Source: an uncultured Succinivibrionaceae bacterium
Lineage (GTDB): Bacteria; Pseudomonadota; Gammaproteobacteria; Enterobacterales; Succinivibrionaceae
Assembly (NCBI GenBank): GCA_944393045.1
Contig: CALXYT010000005.1
Span: 1-64,000, forward strand
Direction of reading: 5' to 3'
Length of the DNA: 64,000 nucleotides
Positions 1-10,666 of the stretch are shown in pieces; the first letter of the stretch is position 1; every line of letters starts with the position of its first letter. The notes under the pieces are model-generated. The model saw only the letters and a program-made list of their open reading frames with translations, did not search any database and was not told where the DNA came from. The translations under genes and the position numbers were made by a program.

Positions 1-589
1 TAAGACCTACAAAAGTAGGCTAGATTTGTTGATACTAGAAACCCCCGCATTTATGCGTGGGGAGTATGTCATAATTAGGTTTTTACCATCCACTTATCGT
101 TAAAGTTTCCCATATGCATATTTGCATCTTATCTTTTTCCCATTACATCTTATAAGAGCATTAGCCTGATTACTTTAGGGGTTTACGTTAAATTTCACAT
201 TTAAGCAAAACTGACACCAAAATTAAATATATAAATATTATGTAAAACATGTAATATTTACAATGAATTTTTTTTTAAAATAACTGATTTTTAAAATTTT
301 TATGATAGAATGAAAGTGTATTTATTCTAAAAAGATTATTCTTTTTTGCTCCAAGTTTTGAGGAGCTATTCTTTAGTCATGATTTGACTTTTATAAACAA
401 AGAGTGAGATGAAAGATGTTTTAACTTAAAAGTTCGATAAAAAAGATGGTTCTTTTAAGGTGTGGTGTTAGACTAAGAGCAAAAATAATAATAGAAAAAA
501 AGCAGCTAAGAAAAAGTATACAGTAAAATTAAAGACTGCATAAGAAAAAGCATAATAAAGATTTGTTAGTAAGCATAACGAGGGAGCTT

Positions 590-1951
590 ATGAAAATTAT
601 TCATACAGGTGACTGGCATTTAGGCAGTACTATTTACGATTACGATCGCGCTAATGAGCATAAGGCATTTTTAGCGCAGATTTTAGCTATGCTAGCAGAA
701 GATAGTGAGATTAGTGCAGTTTTTATTACTGGTGATATTTTTCATGTAGGTAATCCTTCTAATGAAGCTGAAAGAATGTTTTGTGATTTTTTAGTAAGTG
801 CTAAAAAAATACGTCCTAATGTGCAGATTTTTGCGATTGCGGGTAATCATGACGGTGGTTTTAAGTTAGATACCGCAGGTGGTTACTGTTCCCTTACTAC
901 TGATATTCACCTTATAGGTTCAATTCCTTATGCAGAAGAAGCTAAAAAAGGCAAAAATAATGTCGATAAAATTGATTACGCTAAACTTGTGTTTCCGCTT
1001 TATGATAAAGCTCATAATGAGCAGGCATATGCAGTAGTAATTCCTTTTATCCGTACCTCACTTTTACGTAGTGGTGGACTTTTTGAGGATAGTATTGGTA
1101 ATCACACTTTAGCGGAATGTCTTGAGAAGATTTATAAAGAAGCTCTTTTATACGCTAAAAGTAAAAATGGGCGTAATTTACCAATTTTAGCGTTAGGTCA
1201 TTTAACTGTACATGGTTCAAAGGCTCATGATACTACCGATATAGGCATAAGTGCTATTAGCATTGGTGGTGAGGAGAGCGTTAATGTAAATATTTTTAAA
1301 GGTTATGATTATGTAGCCTTAGGTCATATTCATCTTGCCCAATCTATTGATAATGTGCATTATGCAGGATCTCCTATGCCTATAAATGCAGGTGAGGCAG
1401 ATTATCAAAATGGTCTTATAACTATTAGCATTAACGAAAATGGTGAGATTACAAAAGAATTTCAAAAATTACAGCGAGAAGTTGATTTAATTCGTATTCC
1501 TAAGAGTAAAGGTGCTGTTTCATACGGTGAATTAGCATCATGTATCAAAGCTTTAGGAGTAAGCAAAGAGCCTTTAAATAAGCGTCCATTTTTAACTATT
1601 CATATAGCGATAGATGAAGAAAATAGCGATACTAAAAGTAGATTTGCCATGCTTGATGAAGTGCGCAGCAAAATTAGTAATAGCGAATGTTTTAGGCTTG
1701 GTCCCATAGTCCTTGAAGCAATAAAAGCTACAACTAATCAAGATCCTTTTGATGACGCTCCATTAGAAACATTATCGGTATACGATGTCTTTGAAAAGTT
1801 ATATCAAACAACTTATCCTGATGCGCAAGGAGAGGTGCCTTCTTACTTAAAAGATGCTTTTACGCAATTGGTTGAGCTTTACCAAAAAGAGCAAGATGGT
1901 GATGCAAAGTTAGCTAATGAAGAAACAGCTTTAGTGAATAAGAATGAATAA
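590..1951 (+). CDS. sbcD: Exonuclease SbcCD, nuclease subunit SbcD (Mre11-family phosphoesterase)
   Basis: N-terminus MKIIHTGDWHLG is the calcineurin-like phosphoesterase motif I; GNHDG motif present. ATG at 590 is preceded by AGGGAG; the ORF track starts at a TTG at 563. Immediately followed by sbcC. Confidence 0.85.
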   Translation: MKIIHTGDWHLGSTIYDYDRANEHKAFLAQILAMLAEDSEISAVFITGDIFHVGNPSNEAERMFCDFLVSAKKIRPNVQIFAIAGNHDGGFKLDTAGGYCSLTTDIHLIGSIPYAEEAKKGKNNVDKIDYAKLVFPLYDKAHNEQAYAVVIPFIRTSLLRSGGLFEDSIGNHTLAECLEKIYKEALLYAKSKNGRNLPILALGHLTVHGSKAHDTTDIGISAISIGGEESVNVNIFKGYDYVALGHIHLAQSIDNVHYAGSPMPINAGEADYQNGLITISINENGEITKEFQKLQREVDLIRIPKSKGAVSYGELASCIKALGVSKEPLNKRPFLTIHIAIDEENSDTKSRFAMLDEVRSKISNSECFRLGPIVLEAIKATTNQDPFDDAPLETLSVYDVFEKLYQTTYPDAQGEVPSYLKDAFTQLVELYQKEQDGDAKLANEETALVNKNE

Positions 1952-1965
1952 ATGGGTGGCAAATC

Positions 1966-4900
1966 ATGAAAATTTTAAGTGTTAAAGGAAAGAATTTAGC
2001 TAGTATAGCGCAGGAGTTTACTATTGATTTTACAGATCCTCGTTTCGTGCGATCAGGTTTATTTGCTATAACCGGTAATACCGGTGCCGGTAAAAGTACC
2101 ATTTTAGATGCCATAAGTCTTGCTTTATATGCTACCACCCCAAGATTTGCGAACTCTAAAAGTACTAAGGTTGAGCTTAATAATATCGATATTAATATCA
2201 ATAACCCTTGCAATATCTTAACTTATGGTGCTAAGAAAGGTTATGCCGAGGTTAAGTTTATCGGAAATAACGGCTATCACTATATTTCACGTTGGGAGGT
2301 TGAAAGAACCAGGAGCAAATTACAAGAAAGTATGCGCTTAGAGGTGGAAGAAACAAATGTCTGTTTAACTAAAAAACGTGAAATTTTACAAACAGTAATT
2401 GAGGCCATCGGTCTTGATGCTGTGCAGTTTAATCAGGTAGTGTTATTACCACAAGGCGACTTTAGTAACTTTTTAAAGGCAGAACCAGATAAGCGATTGG
2501 CTCTGCTTGAAAAAATAACAGGCTCTACTATTTATAAATCGCTCTCTAAAATGGCTTTTGAAAAAAATAAGCAAATTGAAGAACAAATAAAAGAAGAGCG
2601 CTTATTAGTATCAGCTCTTGAAGTTTTAGATGATAAAGAGTTTCAAGAGTTAAGACAAGAACATGCTCAGGCACAAAGCATGGCGGAGCGTATTAAATTG
2701 CGTCTTGAGCATATTGACGATTATCAAGAAACTCTTTCTGAATATGAAATTATTCGTGCTAAGGTTACAAAATTAAAGCAGGATTTAATCAATAAAGAGG
2801 CCTCCAATAGCGCTTTGGAAATTGCCAATAAACGTAAGAAATACCAAGAGTATATTGAATATGCAGGCAATATTCATTTTATCAGTGAATTAAAGAGCTT
2901 ACAAAAAGAATGTCATGAATTAGCTATTAAAAAGCAAAGTATAGAGAAAGAGCTAAGTGAACTTGCCCTGGAGATTCATAAACTTGAACCAAAACTTGAT
3001 GAACAAAAGCTTAATGAGTTTAATTTTAGGCAAAAATGTCTTGCTCGTGAAGAAGAGGTTATTTGTGCTAAAAATTTTGATATAAAGATTACTAGCGCTC
3101 AGCAGTTATTAGCTGATTTAGCGCAGGACTTAAGTAAAAAACAAGCCCAAAAATGCGCTAAAAAAAAGGAAGTTGAGGAAAAGAATCTAGCAAAAGAGAA
3201 CCTCTTAGAACAAAATCAAGATTTATTGGCGCAAATAGCTGGTAATAAAACAGCAACTTACGTTTTTAGCTTAAATGATATAGAGGATAACTTACGTAAC
3301 TTTATTAAATTACAGTCTGAGATTGGTAATTACCAGGAGCAGGAAGAGCTCATAAAAGAAAAGTTAGGTAAGATTACTTTAAGGATTGAATCCTTAAAAC
3401 TTGAGCAAGGCAAGGTTGCTACTAACATCGAGCTGCTTAATGAGAAAATGAATCTTGTTAAGGAGCAAAATAAAAAGTTAGCTGCATCTTCTTTAGATGA
3501 GCTAAATATCTTAAATGAACAATTTAGAAAAATGCAATTACTTGCAACTCAAGTTGCTCTAATGCCTAAAAAAATTGGCAGTAAAATCGCTAATGACGAG
3601 CAAATTATTAGTTTAAAGAATAAAGAGCAAACATTACTTGACCAGATTTCAAAAGATGAGCAAAAGGTAACTCAATTAGAAAGTCAAGTCTTAAAGCTTA
3701 CGCAAGAGTATAAAAATAAAGAAAAACTAAGTATCTTTAAAGAGCAGCGTAAACACCTAATTGATAATGAGCCTTGTCCATTATGCGGAGCGGTGCATCA
3801 TCCATATGCAGATATTGAGTTTGATGATAAAGAGTTTGAGTTATTAAAATTTGAGTGTGATAACGTAACTGATAGCCTTAAAGCCATAAAAGAAAGCTTA
3901 GCTGATAAAAAAATCGCTTATTCATCAGAACATGCTAATTTAATGCACCTTACTAATAGCCAAAAAGATTTAGAGGCGGAAATTAGTGGTTATTTACAAA
4001 AAATTACTGAGCTCTGTCAAAGTGTTAATAAAACCACAGTCTACGCGTCAACTGTTCCTTTTTGGGATAAGTTTAATGATGAACTTAGCGCAAGTATTAA
4101 AGAGCAAGAGCAAAACATTAAAAAAATTAAAGATGATTTACAGCAAAAAGATACTAATCAGCATCAATTAAATGAGTTAAGTAATGAGCTTCTTAAATTA
4201 CAGGAGAGCTATAACTTATTTACTAACGAGATAAATACTTTAGAGCTTGATAAGCAAGATTTTGATATAAAAAGTATTAGCGCCGAAATTTCCTCACGTA
4301 AAGAGAGTGTAAAAAATTATCGAAGTTCTATCGATCGTTATTTAAAAGATGTACTCCCTTGGGAGAGTTATGTAATTAAAGAAGATGATAATAAGATTGA
4401 GCTTATTGATAGCGGTAGTGAAAAACTACTGAAGGTGCTCTTAGCTAATATTACCTCTTACAATAAGCAAGTTGAGGAACAGCAAAAAATTGAGGAGCAA
4501 ATAAGTAAATTAGCAGTGGAGATAGCTAAGGCTAATAGTGAATTGGCTTTATTTACAAGTGAAAGTGACAATAAAGCTAAAGATGTTCAAAGTAAAGAGC
4601 AGGAACTTAAAGATCTTACTGATAAACGTAAATTTTTATTAGATGGCAGAAGTGTTGAGCAATATGAAAAAGATATTCAAGATACTAAAGATGAATTTAG
4701 TAAGAGTATTGGCGAGCTTGAAAATAAAATAAACTTGACTAAGAGTAAGTATTCACATGTAAGTATTAACTTAACTGATGCGCAAACAAGCTTTATGGAG
4801 CATAGTGCTGAATTTGATAAGGTTGAAAGAGAGTTTGAACGTACGGCGCAATCTTATGGTGTGGAGATTTCGTATTTTAGGAATATCTTAGAGTTAGATA

Positions 4901-5751
4901 AAAAAGAATTAAGTTCATACCAGGTTGCATTTGACAGATATGATGAAGAAGTTGCGCAATTAAAAAATGATATTAGTAGCAATGAACAGATTGCTCTTAG
5001 ATTAGAAAGTAAAGTAAGAGAGCAGAAGTCATGCCTTAACCAGGAAGACTTAGCAGAAAATGGCACGATAAAAGCTCAAAGCGTATCAGCATTAACTACC
5101 AATCTCGCACAAAAGCAGGAGGAGGTAGATAATTTAAGTCATCGCATAAAATCAGATTTAGAAAATCGAGCCAAACGTGAGAATGCTGAGCAAAAGATTA
5201 AAAAGATTATGGAAGATAATTTGTGCTGGAGCAAATTAAATGAGTTAATTGGCTCCAGCACAGGCGAGAATTTTAGTAGATTTGCGCAAAGTATAACCTT
5301 TGATATGCTATTAAATGTGGCTAATCGTTATTTACGTGATTTTATGCCTCGATATGAACTTAAGAGAGTAGTTGATCGTAATTTTAAAGCGTATAACTTA
5401 CTAGTTATGGTTATTGACCATGAAAATGGCGATATGGAGCGACCATATGCCACAATTTCAGGGGGGGAAACTTTTGCTGTATCATTATCCTTAGCAATTG
5501 CGCTTTCTGATATAACATGTGGTGGTAAACGCATTGAATCATTATTTATTGATGAAGGTTTTGCGACTCTTGATCCTGATAACTTAGAGTGTGTTATGGG
5601 AGTATTAGAAAAATTAAATCGTAAAGGGCGAACTATTGGTATAATTTCGCATTTAGAGAGCATTCCAACAAGAGTAGATACCAGAGTTGCCCTTGAGCGA
5701 ATTTTAGATGAGCCAATGCATAGCAAAGTGGTTATTTATCCAAAATTATAG
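1966..5751 (+). CDS. sbcC: Exonuclease SbcCD, ATPase subunit SbcC (SMC/Rad50-like)
   Basis: Walker A GNTGAGKST at the N-terminus; ~900 aa of coiled coil; central CPLCG zinc hook; C-terminal ABC signature ISGGETFAVSLSLAIAL and Walker B LFIDEGFATLD. Length is 1261 aa. Confidence 0.9.
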   Translation: MKILSVKGKNLASIAQEFTIDFTDPRFVRSGLFAITGNTGAGKSTILDAISLALYATTPRFANSKSTKVELNNIDININNPCNILTYGAKKGYAEVKFIGNNGYHYISRWEVERTRSKLQESMRLEVEETNVCLTKKREILQTVIEAIGLDAVQFNQVVLLPQGDFSNFLKAEPDKRLALLEKITGSTIYKSLSKMAFEKNKQIEEQIKEERLLVSALEVLDDKEFQELRQEHAQAQSMAERIKLRLEHIDDYQETLSEYEIIRAKVTKLKQDLINKEASNSALEIANKRKKYQEYIEYAGNIHFISELKSLQKECHELAIKKQSIEKELSELALEIHKLEPKLDEQKLNEFNFRQKCLAREEEVICAKNFDIKITSAQQLLADLAQDLSKKQAQKCAKKKEVEEKNLAKENLLEQNQDLLAQIAGNKTATYVFSLNDIEDNLRNFIKLQSEIGNYQEQEELIKEKLGKITLRIESLKLEQGKVATNIELLNEKMNLVKEQNKKLAASSLDELNILNEQFRKMQLLATQVALMPKKIGSKIANDEQIISLKNKEQTLLDQISKDEQKVTQLESQVLKLTQEYKNKEKLSIFKEQRKHLIDNEPCPLCGAVHHPYADIEFDDKEFELLKFECDNVTDSLKAIKESLADKKIAYSSEHANLMHLTNSQKDLEAEISGYLQKITELCQSVNKTTVYASTVPFWDKFNDELSASIKEQEQNIKKIKDDLQQKDTNQHQLNELSNELLKLQESYNLFTNEINTLELDKQDFDIKSISAEISSRKESVKNYRSSIDRYLKDVLPWESYVIKEDDNKIELIDSGSEKLLKVLLANITSYNKQVEEQQKIEEQISKLAVEIAKANSELALFTSESDNKAKDVQSKEQELKDLTDKRKFLLDGRSVEQYEKDIQDTKDEFSKSIGELENKINLTKSKYSHVSINLTDAQTSFMEHSAEFDKVEREFERTAQSYGVEISYFRNILELDKKELSSYQVAFDRYDEEVAQLKNDISSNEQIALRLESKVREQKSCLNQEDLAENGTIKAQSVSALTTNLAQKQEEVDNLSHRIKSDLENRAKRENAEQKIKKIMEDNLCWSKLNELIGSSTGENFSRFAQSITFDMLLNVANRYLRDFMPRYELKRVVDRNFKAYNLLVMVIDHENGDMERPYATISGGETFAVSLSLAIALSDITCGGKRIESLFIDEGFATLDPDNLECVMGVLEKLNRKGRTIGIISHLESIPTRVDTRVALERILDEPMHSKVVIYPKL

Positions 5752-5763
5752 TAAAACTTACTA

Positions 5764-5797
5764 ATTCTGCTAAAAATTTTATTTTTATCAGAATTTT
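5764..5797 (+). terminator. Possible AT-rich hairpin terminator after sbcC
   Basis: attctgctaaaa / ttttatcagaat form an inverted repeat (one mismatch) with a 7-nt loop, followed by TTT. Weak, AT-only stem. Confidence 0.3.
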
Positions 5798-6126
5798 GCA
5801 AAAAACGTGGTAGCTTTTAATAGCGAAAAAGTAAGATAACAATTATGGATAATTGCCTTTTTAGAGTAACTTAAAAATACTGGATTTTTTTAAGGTTTAT
5901 GTTTAATACATCCATATAACATAAAGTAAATATAACATAGGCCAGAGATGTTTATGTTTAACTACTTACGTTAAAAATTAGGGATGGCGCATATTTTTGG
6001 ATATTTTAATAGCAAAAATTCTATTTACATTGTACAATATAATCATGTAATAAAATTGTAAAAACTGTTATAAATATGTAAATTTTTTTTGGTTTTAGGT
6101 ACTGGGGATTTGAGGTAGATATTTCT

Positions 6127-6900
6127 ATGCGAAAGACGTTTTTGGCTTTAATGGTAGTAGGACTTCCAGCGCTTATCATTTATGGCGCATTAGAGCATCT
6201 ACCAGCATTTATTCGCGCTCAGCAAGAATCACCGGAATCATCAGTACTAAATAAAGAGTTTAAAGACATTTATACTACTGATACCTCATCTAAGAAGGTA
6301 AAAGGCTCTAAAGATCAGATTGATGACTTTTTTTATCGTGGTATTGAGGTTGAGGAATCAGTAAGTAAAAATACTGAGTTTTATACTGTTAAAGCTGATA
6401 CTCCTTGGGAATTACGAGAAAAGATTTTAGCAAGCGCCCCTGAAAATACCACAACTGAACGCAAATCTATCGTTAAGGTTTCATATAGCGTCGATTGGAC
6501 TTTATCAACTACTCAGCTTGCTGGGGAATGTAAATTTAATGGTGCCAAGCTTAACACTGTTATTACTATGACCTTACCTCTTTGGGAGGGGGTGGAAATG
6601 CAAGATGAGTCAGTGCAAAAACAGTGGCAATATTATTTAGAACGAGTAAGCCACTATGAAAGTAGACATAATAAGATTTTAGAAAGAGCATCTCATCAAT
6701 TAGCACAAAAGATTAAATTTATTCCTAAGCAAGCCTTATGTGAAGATTTACTCGAAAAAGTTAATGAGCTAGGTGCTAATAATATCGAATACACTAAAAA
6801 TCTAGTAAAACGTTATAAGAGTGAAACTGGTGGTGGACGTCTATTAGGGGTGCAATTACCGAACTTTAGTCCTGATGAGTTAGCTCGATTTGCTAATTAA
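6127..6900 (+). CDS. Hypothetical secreted or membrane-anchored protein (N-terminal signal anchor)
   Basis: 257-aa ORF with a hydrophobic N-terminus LALMVVGLPALIIYGAL and good codon usage. Contains H-x-E-x-x-H (HYESRH), which may be a degenerate metallopeptidase-like motif. No confident family assignment. Confidence 0.5.
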   Translation: MRKTFLALMVVGLPALIIYGALEHLPAFIRAQQESPESSVLNKEFKDIYTTDTSSKKVKGSKDQIDDFFYRGIEVEESVSKNTEFYTVKADTPWELREKILASAPENTTTERKSIVKVSYSVDWTLSTTQLAGECKFNGAKLNTVITMTLPLWEGVEMQDESVQKQWQYYLERVSHYESRHNKILERASHQLAQKIKFIPKQALCEDLLEKVNELGANNIEYTKNLVKRYKSETGGGRLLGVQLPNFSPDELARFAN

Positions 6901-7550
6901 ACGCTCTTTATTAAGCATGCAACTATTATAGTTTCTGGAATGGCTCTGATGCTTAGGATCCAAAATGTTAAAATAGTGCCATAAATCTTGTTTATCTGGA
7001 TTATTTTTGGAGTTATTAGCTAAAAGTTCATATTTTTGCATGAGGTGATAAACTTTTTTGTGATTTACCTTTTTTCCCTCAGTTAGTTAAAACACGGCGA
7101 CAACCATAAGAGATATGTTCATTGGATATAGCCCAACTCTCGTAGTTTTTCATTCTTTGCGTTTTTATCAGATTTCTTATGTAAAGTAATAACCACAGCT
7201 ACTTATTTGAGCTAGTCATGCTGAAGAGTTATTAACATTTAAGATAATGCGTAGTGGGCAATTTAATTTATACCTAAGCTCCGTTATATATTGTGTTAAC
7301 TCTTCTATTGTAGCTTTTTATTGTTCTGTTTAAGAAGTTCAATTTTTTAACTATTCTTCCTTAACTAATTGGCTAATTCTTTGCTCATTAACTTCTTTAG
7401 TGAGCTTTTTGGTGGCCGTTAAGTTTTGAGGGATATCTGTTGGCATATTGTCTTCTCTTTTTATGTTTTTTAAAGTCTAAGAAAACCTTAAACTTAATGT
7501 TTAATTATACGCCAAAATTAAACGTCTAATGTATTCCTGAAATAACAGTC

Positions 7551-8297
7551 TTAAAATATTGGATAGGCTACTAACATCTCGCGTTTTCTACCAAAGCCTG
7601 GGCGTTTTTGAAGGGTAAAATTACAGGCTTGCAGATGTTCTCTTACCATGCGTGCTACACTAAAGGTAGCAAGTGAGGCTTCAGGAGTTAATAAATCATG
7701 TAATGCTTTAAAAACCTCAACTGACCACATTGCCTCATTTTGTTTGGGGGCAAAACCATCTAAAAACACGGCATCAACTTTATCACTAAGCTTTGAGTCA
7801 ATAGCTTTAATGGTAGTTACAATATCGCCAATGATAAGATAAAGAGTAAAGTTTTTATCAATTGGAATAATGTTTAAGCCACTTTTAAGGGAGGCAACAG
7901 TATAAGCATTTATGACTTTTTGGGCTTCTTTATTAAAAGGGGTAAACTTATGTGCTTTAAAAAAATCATCCTTACTTAAGGGCATAAGTTCAAAGGATAA
8001 AAAGCTTATATGCTTAGGTTTTTTGGCTAAGCTTTGGGTAAAGTTCATTAAGGTTATAAGATTTGAGCCTGTACCAAAGCCTGTTTCTAAAATAACAAAA
8101 TCCTTATAATCATTGGTTGAAAAACGCTCTTTAAGGTTATTGCCTGCAATAAAGACGTGTTTTGTTTCCTCAAAACCACCTGCATCAGAAAAATAGACAT
8201 CATTAAAATCAAGATTAGTTGGTTCATTGTGCTCATTAAAAGTAAGTTTGGCATAGGAAAAAGGAGCTAATGTTAAAGGTGTTAGGACAATATGCAT
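7551..8297 (-). CDS. mnmC: tRNA mnm5s2U34 methyltransferase, MnmC methyltransferase domain only (MnmC2-like); C-terminal FAD oxidase domain absent
   Basis: Matches the E. coli MnmC N-terminal domain: FSDAGGFEETKHVF, ETGFGTGSN (SAM motif), VDAVFLDGFAPKQNEAMWS, QKRPGFGRKREML. The ORF stops exactly where E. coli continues into the FAD domain. Divergent from fabB, as in E. coli. Confidence 0.8.
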   Translation of the reverse strand: MHIVLTPLTLAPFSYAKLTFNEHNEPTNLDFNDVYFSDAGGFEETKHVFIAGNNLKERFSTNDYKDFVILETGFGTGSNLITLMNFTQSLAKKPKHISFLSFELMPLSKDDFFKAHKFTPFNKEAQKVINAYTVASLKSGLNIIPIDKNFTLYLIIGDIVTTIKAIDSKLSDKVDAVFLDGFAPKQNEAMWSVEVFKALHDLLTPEASLATFSVARMVREHLQACNFTLQKRPGFGRKREMLVAYPIF

Positions 8298-8659
8298 AAG
8301 ATTATTAAGATTTTAAAAATAAAAAAAGTGAATTAATTTTTAGGTTCAATATGATATTTGGCAGTAAAAATATCCTAAGTTTAGCATATTTTAGGTACTT
8401 TATTACATTCTTGAGTAGTTTATGCAAAATTGTTATAATGTATAGTTAATTGGAGTAGATTAACTTTAAGTAATGATACGTGTATTTCATTACGTTTTAA
8501 ATAATTTTAACTTGCAAAAATAATTAACCTGTGGCATATATAAATACAGAAATTATCTACTTTGTAGAGTTGTAACTCCTCCGCTTTACATGGGGGCTTT
8601 AAATAGAACCTTTTCTGCGGTATGTTAGGTATAATAAAAATAATATTAGAGAAAATTAT

Positions 8660-9877
8660 ATGAAAAGAGCAGTTATTACTGGTATAGGAATTGTTTCTAG
8701 TATTGGTAACAATGTGCAGGAAGTTCTTGCTTCTCTCAAGCAAGGAAAATCAGGTATCACTTTCTCCGAACAATTTAAAGAGGTTGGTTTAAGATCTCAG
8801 GTTTGGGGTGATGTTAAGCTCTCATTAAGTGAGGCAATTGACCGTAAGATATTTAGATTTATGGGAGATGCTGCAGGGTATGCTTATTTATCTATGGAGC
8901 AGGCTATTAAGGATGCTAACTTGCCAGAAGATCAAGTCTCAAATGTCAGAACCGGTTTAATTTGTGGTTCAGGCGGTCCATCTACTCATCATCAGGTGGA
9001 GGCTTGTGATACTCTTAGAACTAAAGGTGTCAGAAAAATTGGACCTTATCAGGTGACTCGTTGTATGAGTTCCACAACTTCTGCATGTTTAGCCACTCCT
9101 TTTAAGATTAAAGGGGTAAATTACAGTATAAGCTCTGCATGTTCTACCTCAGCGCACTGCATTGGTAATGCTTATGAACAAATTATGTTAGGTAAGCAAG
9201 ATATAGTATTTGCAGGCGGTGGAGAAGATTTAGATTGGACATTAGCTTGTTTATTTGATGGAATGGGGGCATTAAGTACCAAGTATAACGATACTCCAGA
9301 AAAAGCTTCTCGTACTTACGATGCTGATCGTGATGGTTTTGTGATAGCTGGCGGCGGTGGTATGCTTGTAGTAGAAGAGTTAGAGCATGCTTTAGTTCGT
9401 GGTGCGAAGATTTATGCTGAAATCGTAGGTTATGGTGCAACATCTGATGGTTATAATATGGTGCAGCCTTCAGGTGAGGGGGCAGTAAGATGCATGCAGG
9501 ATGCGATGAGTTCTTTAGGGGAGCGTAAAGTGCAGTACATTAACACTCACGGTACCTCAACTCCTGTTGGTGATACTAAAGAGCTTGAGGCTATTAGAGA
9601 AACCTTTAAAGAAAATGTGCCATATATTAGCGCAACCAAGTCTTTAACTGGTCACTCTCTAGGGGCAGCTGGTGTACAAGAGGCAATTTATTCTATTTTA
9701 ATGCTTGAGCATAATTTTATTGCTCCAAGTATAAATATTGAGAACTTAGATTCTTTAGCCCAAGGTCTCCCAATTGTAACAAGTCCTAAGGAAATAGAGC
9801 TTGATACAGTTATGAGTAATAGTTTTGGGTTTGGTGGTACTAATGCAAGTTTAGTATTAAGTAAATACCTGGGATAA
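8660..9877 (+). CDS. fabB: 3-oxoacyl-ACP synthase I (KAS I)
   Basis: 405 aa. Active-site Cys context [23 protein letters not shown] and GHSLGAAG motifs. Conserved mnmC–fabB divergent arrangement supports KAS I over KAS II. Confidence 0.85.
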   Translation: MKRAVITGIGIVSSIGNNVQEVLASLKQGKSGITFSEQFKEVGLRSQVWGDVKLSLSEAIDRKIFRFMGDAAGYAYLSMEQAIKDANLPEDQVSNVRTGLICGSGGPSTHHQVEACDTLRTKGVRKIGPYQVTRCMSSTTSACLATPFKIKGVNYSISSACSTSAHCIGNAYEQIMLGKQDIVFAGGGEDLDWTLACLFDGMGALSTKYNDTPEKASRTYDADRDGFVIAGGGGMLVVEELEHALVRGAKIYAEIVGYGATSDGYNMVQPSGEGAVRCMQDAMSSLGERKVQYINTHGTSTPVGDTKELEAIRETFKENVPYISATKSLTGHSLGAAGVQEAIYSILMLEHNFIAPSINIENLDSLAQGLPIVTSPKEIELDTVMSNSFGFGGTNASLVLSKYLG

Positions 9878-9894
9878 TTTAAGATATTCTAAGA

Positions 9895-9932
9895 ATACCG
9901 AAGATCGCAAAGAGGTTTTCGGTATTTTTTTT
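9895..9932 (+). terminator. Rho-independent terminator after fabB
   Basis: Stem ataccgaa / ttcggtat followed by TTTTTTTT. Confidence 0.55.
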
Positions 9933-9942
9933 GGGAAAAAAC

Positions 9943-10656
9943 ATGCGTTTAGATAAATGTTTAACGGAGAATTTAGCTGTTAGTCGTAAAGATGCAGGCA
10001 AACTTATTAAGCAAGGCAAAGTTTGTGTTAATGGCATAGTAGTAAAGGATAGTGCCTATAAAGTGGCTTTAAACGATGAACTAACCTTTATGGACGAAAA
10101 GCTTCATATTAAGGAAGAAGATTATAAAGCTTATTATATGTTAAATAAGCCTAAAGGTTACGTTTGCGCAAGTGATGATTCCTTAAATCCTTATGTAATA
10201 GCCCTTTTTAAAGATGAATATAAAGCTCGTGAGTTATTTTGTGTTGGGCGCCTGGATATTGATACCACTGGGTTGTTATTAGTAACTAACGATGGTCTTT
10301 GGAGTCATAAGATAACATCTCCTAAGCATCATGTATCAAAGGTATATCGAGCATTTTTAGCTGATCCTTGTCCAATTGATGCAATAGATACTTTTAAAGA
10401 AGGCATAGTTCTTAAAGGTGAGAGTAGTAAGACCAAGAGTGCCAAACTTACAATAATAAATCAGCATGAGGTATTATTAGAAATTACTGAAGGAAAATAT
10501 CATCAGGTAAAGCGCATGTTTGCAGCTATTGGCAATAAAGTCGAAAAACTTGAGCGTCTAACAATTGGGGGCGTATCTTTAGATAAGGAGCTTAAGCCTG
10601 GTGAGTTTCGTAAATTAACTCAGGAAGAGCTTAAGCTTTTAGGAGTGGGGGGATAA
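9943..10656 (+). CDS. rsuA: 16S rRNA pseudouridine(516) synthase RsuA
   Basis: Starts MRLDKCL like E. coli RsuA. S4 domain, catalytic GRLDIDTTGLLL, and C-terminal EGKYHQVKRMFAAIGN / GEFRKLTQEE. The ORF-track TTG at 9931 would overlap the terminator; ATG at 9943 preferred. Confidence 0.8.
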   Translation: MRLDKCLTENLAVSRKDAGKLIKQGKVCVNGIVVKDSAYKVALNDELTFMDEKLHIKEEDYKAYYMLNKPKGYVCASDDSLNPYVIALFKDEYKARELFCVGRLDIDTTGLLLVTNDGLWSHKITSPKHHVSKVYRAFLADPCPIDAIDTFKEGIVLKGESSKTKSAKLTIINQHEVLLEITEGKYHQVKRMFAAIGNKVEKLERLTIGGVSLDKELKPGEFRKLTQEELKLLGVGG

Positions 10657-10666
10657 GTTTAAATTT

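Noticed and set aside
42-62. GC-containing hairpin (cccccgcat…atgcgtgggg) at the window start
   Set aside because: It could be the terminator of an upstream minus-strand gene that lies outside the window. It cannot be assigned without the flanking sequence.
1914-2213. 99-aa ORF antisense to the sbcD/sbcC junction
   Set aside because: It lies entirely inside, and opposite to, the well-supported sbcD and sbcC coding sequences. Its hydrophobic, low-complexity translation is typical of antisense artefacts in AT-rich DNA.
5880-5970. Duplicated tttatgtttaa motif in the sbcC-downstream spacer
   Set aside because: Short AT-only words recur by chance in ~75% AT intergenic DNA. There is no dyad symmetry or positional relationship to a promoter that I could support.
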